Below are positions 1 to 15,364 of a DNA stretch of 64,000 nt, one piece after another. The notes under the pieces are model-generated. The model saw only the letters and a program-made list of their open reading frames with translations, was not told where the DNA came from and did no database searches. How positions within the stretch are numbered: position 1 is the stretch's first letter; every line of letters begins with the position of its first letter. Origin of the DNA: Eledone cirrhosa (Eukaryota); NCBI GenBank assembly GCA_964016885.1, contig OZ024740.1, positions 263,376,001 through 263,440,000 of the forward strand, in the 5' to 3' direction. Made by a program: the position numbers and the translations under genes.

Positions 1-345
1 GAAACCGTCACTTCACATAGGCAATACTAAAACGCGTGCGAGAGGTGTAAGGGAGATAACTGCAAAAGTCCGAAAAGTTTCTAGTTGATAAGAAAATTAG
101 GATGTTGTTGTGATTCAATCCGGAGATTTGTAGTTATGTTAGAGGTGTTTCGAGACGTGTGGACAACGTGTGAAGAATTCATTTCTCGTGTTTAGGCAAC
201 CACTATTGCATAATCTCTTCAGAATATTTATTTGTTCACCAATACATAGTCCACACGACGGATTTCCCCATGCGTATGGATTGGACTTAGTGCTGGCTTT
301 CCAATGAATGCAGTAGTCTATACTTGAGTCCTTGAAGGATCATAC

Positions 346-1127
346 GTGAAGGCCCACATCACCAACAGGCCTCAGAGCATCACCCCACCAGGGTTCTCTT
401 GTCGTAAGCCCGAAGCTTGCAATACACCCGCTGTAATTTATGAAGCTGATGTCACTTCCAACCGACCAAATCAACCACAGGAGGTCAAATCCTATGTGGG
501 TTTGTCGGAGGGCCGATTTAAGGAACGCTTCCTGAACCACCAGTCGACCTTTAGGTACCCGGACAGACGTTCATCCACGAAACTCGCGAGCCCCGAATGG
601 TCCCTCAAGGACTCAAGTATAGACTACTCCATTTAATGGAAAGCCATCACTAAGTCCAAGCCATACGCAAGGGGAAATCCGTCGTGTGGACTATGTATTG
701 ATGAACGAATAAATATTCTAAAGAGATTATGCAATAGTGATTGCCTAAAGACAAGAAATGAATTCTTCACACGTTGTCCCCACGTATAGAAACACCTCTT
801 ACATAACTACAAAGCTCCGGATTGAATCACAACAGCATCCTAATTTTCTTATCAACTAGAAACTTTTCGGACATTCGCGGGTATCTCCCTTACACCTCTC
901 GCACGCTTTTTAGTATTACCTGTGTGAAGTGGCGGTTTCTGCGCATGCGCGTTCGTACGGTTGTCCTTCCTGTTCCGTATAACCATGTCCATTACGAGCT
1001 GAGGATCCGCTAATGTGAAAAAATTGTTCTCGGTATGGTGAACTAACTGTTGTGTAACCACTTCTACCTAACTCGTCCCATGGAATTAGTGCTCTACCAC
1101 TACGGATATTACCTTCCAGTGTTCTAC

Positions 1128-1130
<3 letters not shown>
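346..1130 (+). mobile_element. Penelope-like element 3' fragment (GIY-YIG endonuclease remnant plus 3' UTR)
   Basis: ORF 346-636 reads 'VIYEADV...KSYVGLSEGRFKERFLNHQSTFR'. After a stop it continues 'WKAITKSKPY...CGLCIDE', the C-terminal GIY-YIG region typical of Penelope elements. It ends at an (AT)n tract. A degenerate HHR-like motif lies at ~989-1038. Confidence 0.85.
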
Positions 1131-1174
<44 letters not shown>

Positions 1175-1420
1175 TGTGTGTGTGTGGGTGTGTGTGTGTA
1201 TGTGTGTGTATAAGTGTGCACGTATGTATGTTTTTGTGTATATCAATGTATGTATGCATGTATGTAAGTACGTTTGTGTGTGTATGTATGTAGTAGTGTA
1301 TCTATGATTATATGCATGAATGTGCATGCATTTGCGTATGGGTATGCATGTATATATGTATGTGTGTATATATATGTAGGTATGTATATATGTATGTATG
1401 TAAGTGTGTATGTATGTCTG
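1131..1420. repeat. (AT)n/(GT)n/(ATGT)n compound microsatellite
   Basis: Direct reading. Confidence 0.95.
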
Positions 1421-1887
1421 TAGCATTAGATTTCAAATGTTTGAGAAATATAATGTGAATATTTCTACGTGCAACTTGTTTAGTGCTCAGCTCAATCGAA
1501 TACATCAGTTTTCATAGCGTTGATATATAGATATATAGATTTAGTCTAAATGGAAAGACGTGGAGAATATACCAAGATACAGACATAAAATAAACATACA
1601 TATTTTATAGGTCCTTCAGCTGAATATACTTCTATGCTTCTAGCTGATATGTGTGTGTATAACATTATATATCCAGAACTTGCCCTCATAATGAGATGAT
1701 AGAATGCTTAGCATGCAGCTATCTTAGTTAGTAATATATACTAGTATTACCAAAATTGTTTAACACCGGAAGAGCAACTGTAACCGACTCATAATCGAAA
1801 GTACACAAATAATTTCTATCTATCTATCTCCGCCCCCTCTCTCTCCTCTCTCTATCTCTCTATCCCTCTCTCTCTCTCTCTCCTAAG

Positions 1888-1971
<84 letters not shown>

Positions 1972-2165
1972 TCACATTCACACACACACGTACACCTACA
2001 CACGTACACACACACCACCTTCAGCCCTCCCCACTCGGACCCCTGTCTCCTATCCCCTCTCGCCCCTCCACCCCTCACTCTCAAACGTGAACCTAATATC
2101 AGCACTTCGTACTGCCTCTTCGCTTCGTTGTAATTTTTGTTTTCTGTTTTAACTATAATATAAAA

Positions 2166-2264
2166 GTGACACAGAGGAGACTGAGGTTAGCCGGACACAG
2201 CAGCGATAATCAGGGACAGAGACCGCTGGACAGAACTCGTCCATGGATCTCGGAATTTTACCCG

Positions 2265-2265
<1 letters not shown>
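2166..2265 (+). mobile_element. Short LINE (RTE-like) RT C-terminal fragment
   Basis: Translates 'TQRRLRLAGH', matching the RRLxxxGH motif of RTE/L2-type LINEs. It is very short. Confidence 0.4.
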
Positions 2266-2308
<43 letters not shown>

Positions 2309-3769
2309 GTTTTTTTATGTGTTTTGCGAGATTTATCTGAAAACGTGTGTTGAAACAGATATTTTTATCTTTGGGAGGGCCGAGTTGGCAATAAAAACAC
2401 ACGCACCTGTGGCATTTCACTTAATTTATTATACATTTCTGGTTGGTTGGTTCCATAACCCGAAGCTTGTTTATATATTGTCAAAGCTCTTTCGTCACAC
2501 ATTCTTTGACCTTCGCAGGGACTTGCTTTTTATTTTGTGTGTCTCTCATTTGTGCTGCCCTACACCATCTTGTTTTTGAGTATTGTGTGGTTTTATTGGC
2601 AACATAGAAATATAGAGGAAGAATAATTCTAGACATGTACTGTTTTACTGACCTCGGGTGAAGTTCACATTTTATAGTATACATGTTTAAAAGAGACATA
2701 CAAGTAAAATCTGGAAAAACAATGTAATTTCTGATAATAAAATGAATAAACATATTTTCTACATTCTATTCTTTCCATATTAATCGCTATTTTTAATCGA
2801 AATATGTATATACAATAATATATACATTGACTTCACTAGTAATTCATTAAAACAACCGATTACACTATATTTTATAATTTTTAAACAAAATATACGGAGA
2901 CCAGTCAATAGAAGTACTGTATATATCACCTATCTATTCAAATTGGTGAGTGGTCGTAATAAATATATTTAGAAAATTGATTTAAACGGTATGACATCTG
3001 GAAGCATGGAAATATATAATCATTATATTTGATATTTTACGGTCCTTGAACATAGATCAAGATGGTATTTATATTACTTCATACGTACAATAAGGTGGCG
3101 GGTTATGAAAATTGTATGAGCTTCTGAAAAATTGCTTTGCGGCATTTATCTAGAACATTTTTATATTATCAGTTCTAATCCTGAGCTTAACTTTTGCTTT
3201 CATGCTTTCAGGGTCGAGAAAATAAAGAATCAGTGAATCAACTGCTGGGCTTCTAGCAACGTTAGAAACAACGTACATTTGTATCTATTACTGCTCCCAG
3301 ATTTTCAGGTTGCTCGTTTCCATTGAAAATATTCAATGAAATAATTATTTCTATCTCTAATATCATATATCAATGTCTATGTCTTTCTAATATTGTATAT
3401 AGTTCGATTGCTAATATTATTAAAACTTTCTTCTCAATTTAATCATTAATATTTAATTCAGAAGAGAGAATACTTTGTAATATGTGGAATTTACACCCAG
3501 TGTGATGTTTGTTTCAGCTTTTTTGAATGCTCATGTATTATAGGTACATTATTGCAATGCACTATAAAAACAGACAATGATCTGCTAATGAAGGCGACGT
3601 ATGGATATATAATATTATGTCCACATTTCTGTTAGAAACATGGGTCCATATCGTGGGAATAGATATATAAAATATGTATGTTTATTCTACTGTAAATAGT
3701 GACGCTTATTAACAAGTGTCAACCGGTTCAAACTTAAAGGTGTGTATGAAAATGTTAAGTCTATATGTA

Positions 3770-6400
<2,631 letters not shown>

Positions 6401-6475
6401 AAAGGAATTGTGGTAAGGAACCAGATGGACCATAACGCACCAGAGTACTCAATACTTAGGGTAGTAGAGTGGGAA

Positions 6476-6591
6476 ATAGGAAAAAGTATGACCCCGACCG
6501 CAGAGCTCAAGCCGTTTCGACGGCTATTTCAGTCCAGAAATAGCGGTCGAAACGTTTTGAGCTCTGCCGTCGAGGTCATACTTTTTCCTAT
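6476..6591. repeat. Near-perfect fold-back hairpin (~55-bp arms, 6-nt loop)
   Basis: ATAGGAAAAAGTATGACCCCGACCGCAGAGCTCAA...GCTATTTC-agtcca-GAAATAGC...TTGAGCTCTGCCGTCGAGGTCATACTTTTTCCTAT. Confidence 0.9.
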
Positions 6592-6739
6592 ATATATATA
6601 TATATGTGTATATTATATATGTCATGTACAATATGTATTTTTCAGTGATGTACGATATTTATACTTATGTCATGTAAAGTAGGTATTGCTTTGCTGTCAT
6701 ATACAAACAGTTTTGCCGTGATGTTTTGTCCAGTGTGTA

Positions 6740-6880
6740 TAAACCTGGATGTTAGGCGTTTATAAAGGATGAAAGGCAAAGTCAACCTCGGCCGGACATG
6801 AATTCTGAATGGCAAGTGCCGTAACTCTATGCGTCAAAGCATGGTTGTCCGACCCTCCACTGATACTGCCAATCCATCGT
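6740..6880 (-). mobile_element. tRNA-derived SINE copy (family A)
   Basis: Reverse complement of the family consensus GGATTGGCAGTATCGGTAGAG...GAGTTCAAATCCC...GCCTTTCATCC. Confidence 0.75.
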
Positions 6881-7181
6881 ACATGACAGAATAATGCATA
6901 TTGTACATGACACTACAGCATATGTACTCTACATGATATCAAGCCGATAGATATTCCCAATAACATTTGGTCAAAAGACGATTATTTTATGTGAGTCGAT
7001 GTTATTTTTGTTAATTGAAACAAATCATTGATTTGTTTTTTACCAATTACCCTGATGATACAACCTTGCGATATGTTACCATGACATGTGAATATTACAT
7101 TGTGGAAACGAAATAGAATGTAAAATATAGATCCATAATATAACGTCCAATAGTATTTTTTATTATCTCTCTCGTCTCCCA

Positions 7182-7246
<65 letters not shown>

Positions 7247-8952
7247 TGTGTGTGTATTGTACATGTAGTTACAATGATATTGCTTCTTTACTAATATTAT
7301 TTTCTTCTGCTCTTAACAACTACATCATTCTTTGAAGATCGTTGTGTCCATAATATTTCTGGATAATTGCCTGAAGGCCTGTAACAGAAATATTTTCTAC
7401 TTTTGGCACAGGACCAGTAATTTGAAAGGAAATGTAAAGGCTATTAAATCGGCTCCATTGCATTACTGGTACTTTGTATCGACCTTTCAAAGATGACAAG
7501 CAAAGCCAACCACGGTGGAATTTGAATTCAGAAGGAAAAAGAGTGTATCTATATGGCGCAAAGCGTGTTGGCCGACGCTCTACTCTTACTGTCAATCCAC
7601 CTCCTTCGGTCGACGTTAATAATGACTAACTTTAACTAAACATACTATGCAGTATAAGATGACTATAGAAAAAAAGCTTATAAATTTGTGAATTATTTTT
7701 TTAAAATATAAAGCGGTCTACTGCTGATAATAAGCATCTAAAGATACATTCGTAATATTATTTTAAAGCATCATCTTCAAAATTATATTTAAAATATATA
7801 GAGAGGTAAATTATATTTAAAGTATAAAGAGGTAAATTTCCCCATCTCTTCCGAAAATTATATAGATTCCCCAAAATATCCTGTGAAAAATATCATCTCT
7901 TCAACATATTAGCAATAACCAGGAATTTTAAACAGCAACAATCTCTGAGAACGAGATGAAACCGATATTTTGAATTAGAGTCGGAGACCGAATATATTTT
8001 AGCGAACAATTTCCTATTCATACACACAGTTTCATAAACACACACACATATGGAAACACACGCGTACGCACGCACGCACACAACAAACACACACACATAT
8101 GTATATATGTGTGTGTGTACATATGTGTCTGTGCATGTATATATCGTATACAACTAAAACAAAATAAAAGAACAGCACTAAAGTAAAACACATTACAATA
8201 AGAGTATATTTGTCTAACGCTTATAATATGTAATCATCGAGTTTTATGACAGTGAATATACACACTAAGTGTATGGAGTCGCTGTCTCACTTGTCTCCGT
8301 TCAGTACACATATACCTTCGCAAATTTTATTTCAAAACCCGTCAAAGTCAACTTTAATTTTCCTCTATTCGGGGTTGGCAGGATAAATGCCAGTTCATTT
8401 TGTGGCTGTAAAAGAAATCAATATTCGTGTACTGTATAATATCAAAGGCAATGATTTACAATTATAATAGAATAAAACAGAGAAGACACACACATTAACA
8501 AAATACAACTAGCATCAGAAATATTATTACAACTGTGACATACTATAAAAACATAAGTAGCCGACACGTAAAACAGCATTGTTTTATTGTCGTGTCTGTT
8601 GGTCACGTTCTAATTCGTCTGCTCCCTCCAGGTAGTAAAATAATACAATATGTCGTATCCTCAACACATATATTTCTCAGTGGTGTATCACCTTTACATC
8701 TGTTCTCCTTGCTTTCTTATCGTTTAATCTCCATAGAAGGCTTTTTCACCCTCTCTCACGTCGTCTCTTATCTCTGAAATGTAATAATGTAATACATATT
8801 TATCTCATATGATTTGACGCATACAAGATTCTATGCACTCCTAACATATAGTTGTAGTCAGTACGTTTCTGTGTTTGTACCATAACAGAAGAAATAGCTA
8901 CACAGACACACATATATATATGAAACATTACTTTGTTTTCAAGATATATATA

Positions 8953-9060
<108 letters not shown>

Positions 9061-9127
9061 GTTTAATGTATTGTACCTTTACGTTACTATTGGTTCACTA
9101 ACTTGAACAATCGATGCTGCTTATTAT

Positions 9128-9348
9128 TAGGTGGGTTGGCAGTATCGGTAGAGAATCGGACAACATTCTTTGTCGCATAGAATTACGACTTTTTTACGTT
9201 CTGAGTTCAAATCAAGGCGAGGTTAGCTGTACTTTTTATCCTTACGGGGTCGATAAAAGAAATGACCAGTTACGCAGTGGGTCGATTTAATTGACATTCA
9301 CCTCCACCAAAATTGTTGGCCATGTGCCTAAATCAGAAACCATTATCA

Positions 9349-9380
<32 letters not shown>
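9128..9380 (+). mobile_element. tRNA-derived SINE (family A) with (ATT)n tail
   Basis: A-box-like TGGCAGTATCGG, B-box GAGTTCAAATC, core CCTTACGGGGTCGATAAAA, and an ATT tail. Confidence 0.85.
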
Positions 9381-9382
<2 letters not shown>

Positions 9383-12300
9383 AGTTGCATTTATCTTGAT
9401 CATTTCATACGAGTTATCACCAAGTCACAACCAGTGACCTCAAGAGACAAAAAGGTCCGCCATGTTCAAGAAAGAACATACATACACACACATGCATCTT
9501 TAGGTGTTTAGACTTGTGATGTACTTATATTGACAGAATCTTCCTTAGTATATGGGCAGTTCCCATTAGTACTATATTTTGTATTTCTCCTATACACGCG
9601 TTTCCTGGGATTTGCGATATTTAATCATTAGACCCCTTAGGTATCATTCCTAGAGCGCCTACAACCAATGGTATTGTTTTAGTTCTCAATTTCCACATTT
9701 TTCCAATTTCTATCTCCAGGTCCTTATACTTGCTCAAATTTTCAAATGTTTTTATAGATACATTCTTGTCTATTGGAACGGACATATCAATTAGCAGGCA
9801 TACCCTCTTTTTAAAGTCCTTCAGTATTATATCAGATCTATTTGCATCTATTTTTCGGTCTGTTTGGATGCTAAAGTTCCACAAGATTGAGATGTGATCT
9901 TTTTCAAGTATAGGAGGTGGTTGATGCTCCCACCAATTCTTTTGATGGGGCAGGTCAAAATGCTTACACATTATCCAATGTATGTGTTGTGCAGCTCTAT
10001 CATGCCTGTTTAGGTATTCGGTTGCAGCTATAGGACTGCACATTGAAATTATATGATCAATGGTCTCTGGTTGTTTTTTACATACACGGCATAATGGGTT
10101 GCATCCATTTTTTATTATGTTGGCTTGGTAATTTTTTTATTGGCAGACATTGATCTTGTGCTGATATAATCAGTCCTTCAGTCTCCGATTTCAGTCCAGA
10201 GGATGCCAACCACTGATGAGTTAAAGTTTTGTCAACATCAGGATAGTTAGCTCTTTCTGGGTATTTTCCATACAGAGGCTTTTCTTGCCATTTCTTAGCC
10301 AGTTTCTGTAGCAGTTCTTTCTTTGCAGTTACTTTTACCTGCTTTGCTTTTTCTGTGTTTTTTATTTCAGCAGTAAATGGAACTTCTGAAATTTGTAGTA
10401 CATTACTGTATCTTTGTGCATCTTTTGTAATGGAGTATCATCATTTGATGCTTTCGTCTTTCAAAACGAGTTTTATCATCCCATCATGTGATTCCCTTAG
10501 ATATGTAGATAATCCAATTGTTGCAGTTTTCAACGCAATATCTAACTGGATTAACCCGCGTCCTCCTTCTTTCCTAGGGAGATATATTCTATCTGTATCT
10601 GCCTTAGGGTGATGCATTCTGTGCATGGTTAAGAATTTTCGAATTTTTGTATCGAGCCTACGGATCTCTGTGCTTGACCAGTTGATGACATTGTAACTGT
10701 AGGTTACTACAGGTATGGCAAGCGTGTTTATGGCATCGATCCTATTCCTTGCATTCAATTCCATTCTTAAGATTGCTCTTACTCTGCGGTAACATTCCTT
10801 CCTTATCCTTTCCCTCATTGTCGAGTGCTTGATTCCACTCCTTCACAAACACCTAGGTATTTGTAAGTTTCCTCTTGATCAAGTTCTCTCATCACATTCC
10901 CCCGATCAAGATTAATATCTGAACTTTTCAGCAGCTTTCTTCTGGTGAACGTTGCTTTGGCGCATTTGTATAGTCCAAACTCCATTTTAATGTCATCCCT
11001 GAACTGTTTCACAGTGCAATAGTTTCAGGTCATCGATGTAGAACAAGTGATTAATGGTTTTGTCATAGACATTATATCCATGTTTTGTTTCATTGAGCAT
11101 TTTACTTAATGGTATAAGTGCGATGCAGAATAATAGTGGTGATAAAGAGTCACCCTGAAAATTTCAACAATTAATATTAACTTCCCCAGCTTCCAGTGAT
11201 TTGTTTTCACTATTCAAAAGGAGTGTCGTTTTCCATTATCTTCATACTGAATGACAGGAACCTCCTGACAACGGGAGATATTTTGAAAATCTCTAAACAT
11301 TTTTCAATCCAACTGTGTGGCAAAATATCGAATGCTTTTTTATAATCTATCCAAGCAATTGATAGATTTGTATGTGTATTATGATAGCTTCCAGTATCAT
11401 TTTGTTAACCAAAAGCTGATCTTTACAGCCATATGAGCCTCGTTTACACCCTTTCTGCTCATTGGGAAATAGATCATTTGTTATCAGGTGGTCATATGTA
11501 TATTCAGTTAGGACTGATGTTAAAATGTTATACATTGTGGTCAAGCAAATTATCGGTCTGTAATTTTGGGGATTGTTTGTCTCATCATTCTTCGGATGTA
11601 GCAATGTAATGCCGTTAACTAGCCACGATGGTATCTGTTCTGGCTCCTTAACTATTTTATTATAAAGTTGGGCTAACAGCTCATGAGACTCTGTGAAGCC
11701 ATTTATCCAAAAATTTGGTATTTTCCTTTTTTCTGGGGATTTCCATTTGCTGGTCTTTCTAAGAGCCAAACGCAACTGTTCAATTGTTATATTTTCCCAT
11801 GTTTGTTTCTCAAGGTGAGCTGTATCTTTCATTTGTCTGTCTATCCATGGGGCATGTATATTATGAACATTTTCTTCGGCCCAGATCTGTTCCCAGAGTT
11901 CTTGCACTTCCTCCTTGGGTGGTATTGATTTAGCAGTTATTGTTGACTTGCCAATTTTTCTGTAGAAGTTCATCTGGTTGTTTTTGAACACATTATTTTC
12001 CTTATAGAATCTAGATCGTTTTTCAAAGCACCTTATACGAGCAGCTTTGGCCGACACTTTCTGCTTGATTATTTCTATCAGCATGTCTATGTCACTTGTT
12101 GATTTTATACTGTATTTTCTTTTCAATTTTCTAAGTTTAGTTTGTTTAACATGTTCACCTACTTTGTAGTTTGTTAAAATTTCTATGTCAGATCGGAGAA
12201 AGTTTATTTGGCGATTGATGTTCTCTTGCCAAGTTGTTTTCTTGTGGGAATTCCTTTGTTGTTTTCATTTTCACTCCACATAAGTGAGTGGTGAACTTAG

Positions 12301-13370
12301 CCTATGCATAATAGAGATGATTTAGATCAGTAATGTTTAGTTTGTTTGTGATGATAATGTTTTTGAGAATTATATTAGTCTTGTGTATTATCTTTTTGTT
12401 CTATTTGGAGTTCTTGATCTAAGGGAGAGTGTCTCGTTCCCCCATGTCAGATTCTTTCATTTTCATCCATTCGATCATAATTTCATCCTTCAAGTTGGCA
12501 AGTTCATTCTCATTCATTTCTTTATCATTTATGATCTCATTGTTTTAATTTTGAGTTTCATCTTGAGCATGCACCTCCTCCACTTTTTCGATCCTTTCTT
12601 TAATTTGTTCTGCTCTCAGTGATTCCGCCCCAACCCTGGCATTGGAAGTGTTACAATTTACCTCGTTTTCACTGACACATGTTACATTTTCCCTCCGCTG
12701 ACTTTGTGCTAATAGCTTGATCTGATCAATTTCTATTTCAGTTAGTAACTTTTTTTAACAATATTTCTTCGTATATTGGCTAGTTTGTTACTGTCAATAT
12801 AGCCTCTGTTTTCGGGATGTTTCTTTTTCCAGTTGATATACGTCTGTTCTGTATTCGATATATCTGATGGGTAGTACATGGCAGTGTAGAAAGCCTCAAG
12901 GACTTCTTTATTGTCTTCCCTTGACCATTTTTCTCTCTTTTTCTTTGGATTTCTTGGTGGTGAGCATAGAGGGCCAACAGTAGGAGTATTCCGGTTATCG
13001 GAGGTCTCCAGCTCTGAAGTGATGGGAAGGTTTGAACCATTAGCTGATTCTTCGACCTCAGTCTGGTTCATCTCTGAGGGACGCGGCCCTTTTTTACCCG
13101 GGTGACGACCGATCCGGTATGAGATTTTATCATTTGACATTTACTTTATTTTGTCGCGTTTTATCCTTAACCGCCAAGGGGTAATCATTTCGTGTTACCA
13201 CTTCTAGGACGAGTGTCAATCAAGACTATAGGGATCGTCCTCCCCTAGAGACGCAGCTATTCCCCGCCGGCCTCCACCCGGTATTTCTGGGTCACGCGGT
13301 TTTCTTTTTTTGTTGTTTTTTAAATTGTTATTATCATAAGTGGTTCCTTAATGTGAGCATTGCATTGCGT
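9381..13370 (-). mobile_element. Dong/R4-clade non-LTR retrotransposon (RT plus restriction-like endonuclease), near full length, decayed
   Basis: N-terminal 'KREKWSREDNKEVLEAFY', RT motifs 'NYRPIICL', 'EQKGC', 'FQGDSLSPLLFC' and 'HLFYIDDLK', then CCHC 'CRVC..ETIDHIISMC', 'RHD' and RLE 'DIILKD...IDMSVP...KYKDL'. Both ends abut (TAA)n on the sense strand. Confidence 0.92.
9525..13140 (-). pseudogene. Single RT-RLE ORF of the Dong/R4 element, broken by frameshifts and stops
   Basis: ORF pieces 12742-13140, 11347-12126, 10815-11012, 10441-10818 and 9621-10043 are collinear domains. The ORF ends '...GTAHILRKILSI*' at 9525. Confidence 0.88.
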
Positions 13371-13390
13371 ATTATTATTATTATTATTAT

Positions 13391-13577
13391 AAGGGCTGTG
13401 AATTGGCAGTATCGGTAGAGGGTTGGACGCATGCTTTCTAGCAAAGTTACTTTCCTTTACGGTCTGAGTTCAATTCCCGTCGAGGTTAATTTTGCCTTTC
13501 ATCCTTACAGGGTCGATAAAAATAAAGTACCAGTAATGTACTGTTTAATTGCTGGCTTTGTGCCAAGAGTAGAAACA

Positions 13578-13610
<33 letters not shown>
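13391..13610 (+). mobile_element. tRNA-derived SINE (family A) with (ATT)n tail
   Basis: Same A/B boxes and core as the other copies. The tail is split by the Tx1 element. Confidence 0.85.
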
Positions 13611-13826
13611 GGCGACCTACGTAGTAAATCGTAGGATCGTGAGCTCCGCAATGTTTGTTATTTTCAGTTGTTTAAAATTGCCATTTATGGAAAATTGTTA
13701 TTGTTAACTGTATATAAGTGCACATACACTGATTTCTGAAAAGGACACTCAAAAAGATTGGGGCCTTGAGCCCAAAATTTAAACTTTTTATAATTATCAA
13801 ACAAAAAAAAATGTCTTTGAAAAATC

Positions 13827-15330
13827 ATGGACGACTCAGAATCACACCATCCTCACAAACTAACACCTCACACCGACACCACCATTGTAAATATTACTAC
13901 GTTTGCCAACACTAAAAATATAAGCAGTAGCAATATTTTAAATTTGTCTCAGGCAGACATTCCTTTCCCGCCATTACCAATGACTGCAGGTGTTAAAGCC
14001 GCTACCCCACCACCACCACAGCGACAACAGAAACAAAAGAAAACATACATTAACTCGTGATATCGAAATGAATTCAACCAAAATGAACTCTTCCACAACG
14101 AACACCATTGACGCCACCACCACCACAACTGAAACTAACATTAACAATAACAAAAATAACGATAACAACAACAGCAACAATGAAATTAAGAAAATTACCC
14201 TGAGTTTTGCCAGAGTAGCAAAAGCGTGCGAGGCGATCCAGGTAACTCAGGAAGAATTAGAAGAAGCCAGAAGAATGGTATAGAAAGAAACGCAGGAGAA
14301 CTGGTCCGGATCTGGGATGGAGCTCCTGATCCAAGCGGACCATAAAAGCATTGAGGAGATCCCAGAGGTAATAGACCTCAGTGACGGCAGCCACCTCACC
14401 GTAATCGTCGAGGGCAGAAAGCCTAAGTGTGTCGTTTGTGGTGAAGGAACACACCTAAGGGCTTTCTGCCCTCAGGCTAAAAGGTTGAGGCCACCTCTCT
14501 TAACCACCCCAGTGACTCAACCATCAACACCACCAGCAGCAGAGATGGCAGCAACAACAGAAGCAACTGTAACTGCAACAACCGCAGCAACAGTAGCAAA
14601 ACCAACACCACCACCAGCAAACGCGCCAGAACTAGCACCGTCGCCTACACCATCCACCACGCCACAACCAAAACCAACGCCTGTGGAGGGTTTTCCACTC
14701 CCCGGCTAATCGCAACTGGAGACAGATTGTGACGACGAGGAGTGGGAAACGGTATCAGGAAAAAAGTGAAAAAGAAACCAAAAAAGAAAAACATTCTCTT
14801 CCTTCCCCCTCCAAAAACAAAATACAGAGGGAAACAAATAAATTATCAAACAAACAACTTAGGATAGATACGCCACCATCCACACCAGCATCACTACCCC
14901 ATCTCCACAAACACCATCACCATCACCAATATTACCCACAACACCACCATCACCAACACCACAAAAGTCACCAAAAAGCGTAACAGAAACAAACCCACAA
15001 CAAACGCAAACAAAACAAAACAACCAAAACGATACACACTACACAGCATTAAATTTGAAAAACAACCAATTATTACACTACATGCACCACAACACCAGCA
15101 TCACAGAAAAAGACTACACAACAACCCAAAAGTTCACACCACCTCCACATATACAAATCACTCGCATCACACAGAAAACGTACACGACACTAAAACAACA
15201 ATTCCCCAAAGACATCGGAGACTTCCGACAAACACTCTCCAGGAGGATTTATAAGGACATCCTTCCGGAGGAGGCCACGAGCAGTGAAAAGGTTGGACAA
15301 ACCATCCTTCCTCTACGAGAAGTAAGGTAA
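13827..15330 (+). pseudogene. Tx1 ORF1 (gag-like, zinc knuckle, Pro/Thr-rich), frameshifted
   Basis: 'LTVIVEGRKPKCVVCGEGTHLRAFCP' (CX2CX4HX4C). Fragments in several frames end 34 nt before the ORF2 ATG. Confidence 0.8.
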
Positions 15331-15364
15331 GTGGTCTTTCCCATCTTTTCCACTCCTTTTCAAC

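Noticed and set aside
1-12. GAAACCGTC as the tail of a hammerhead
   Set aside because: It is cut by the window edge, so the core and stems cannot be seen.
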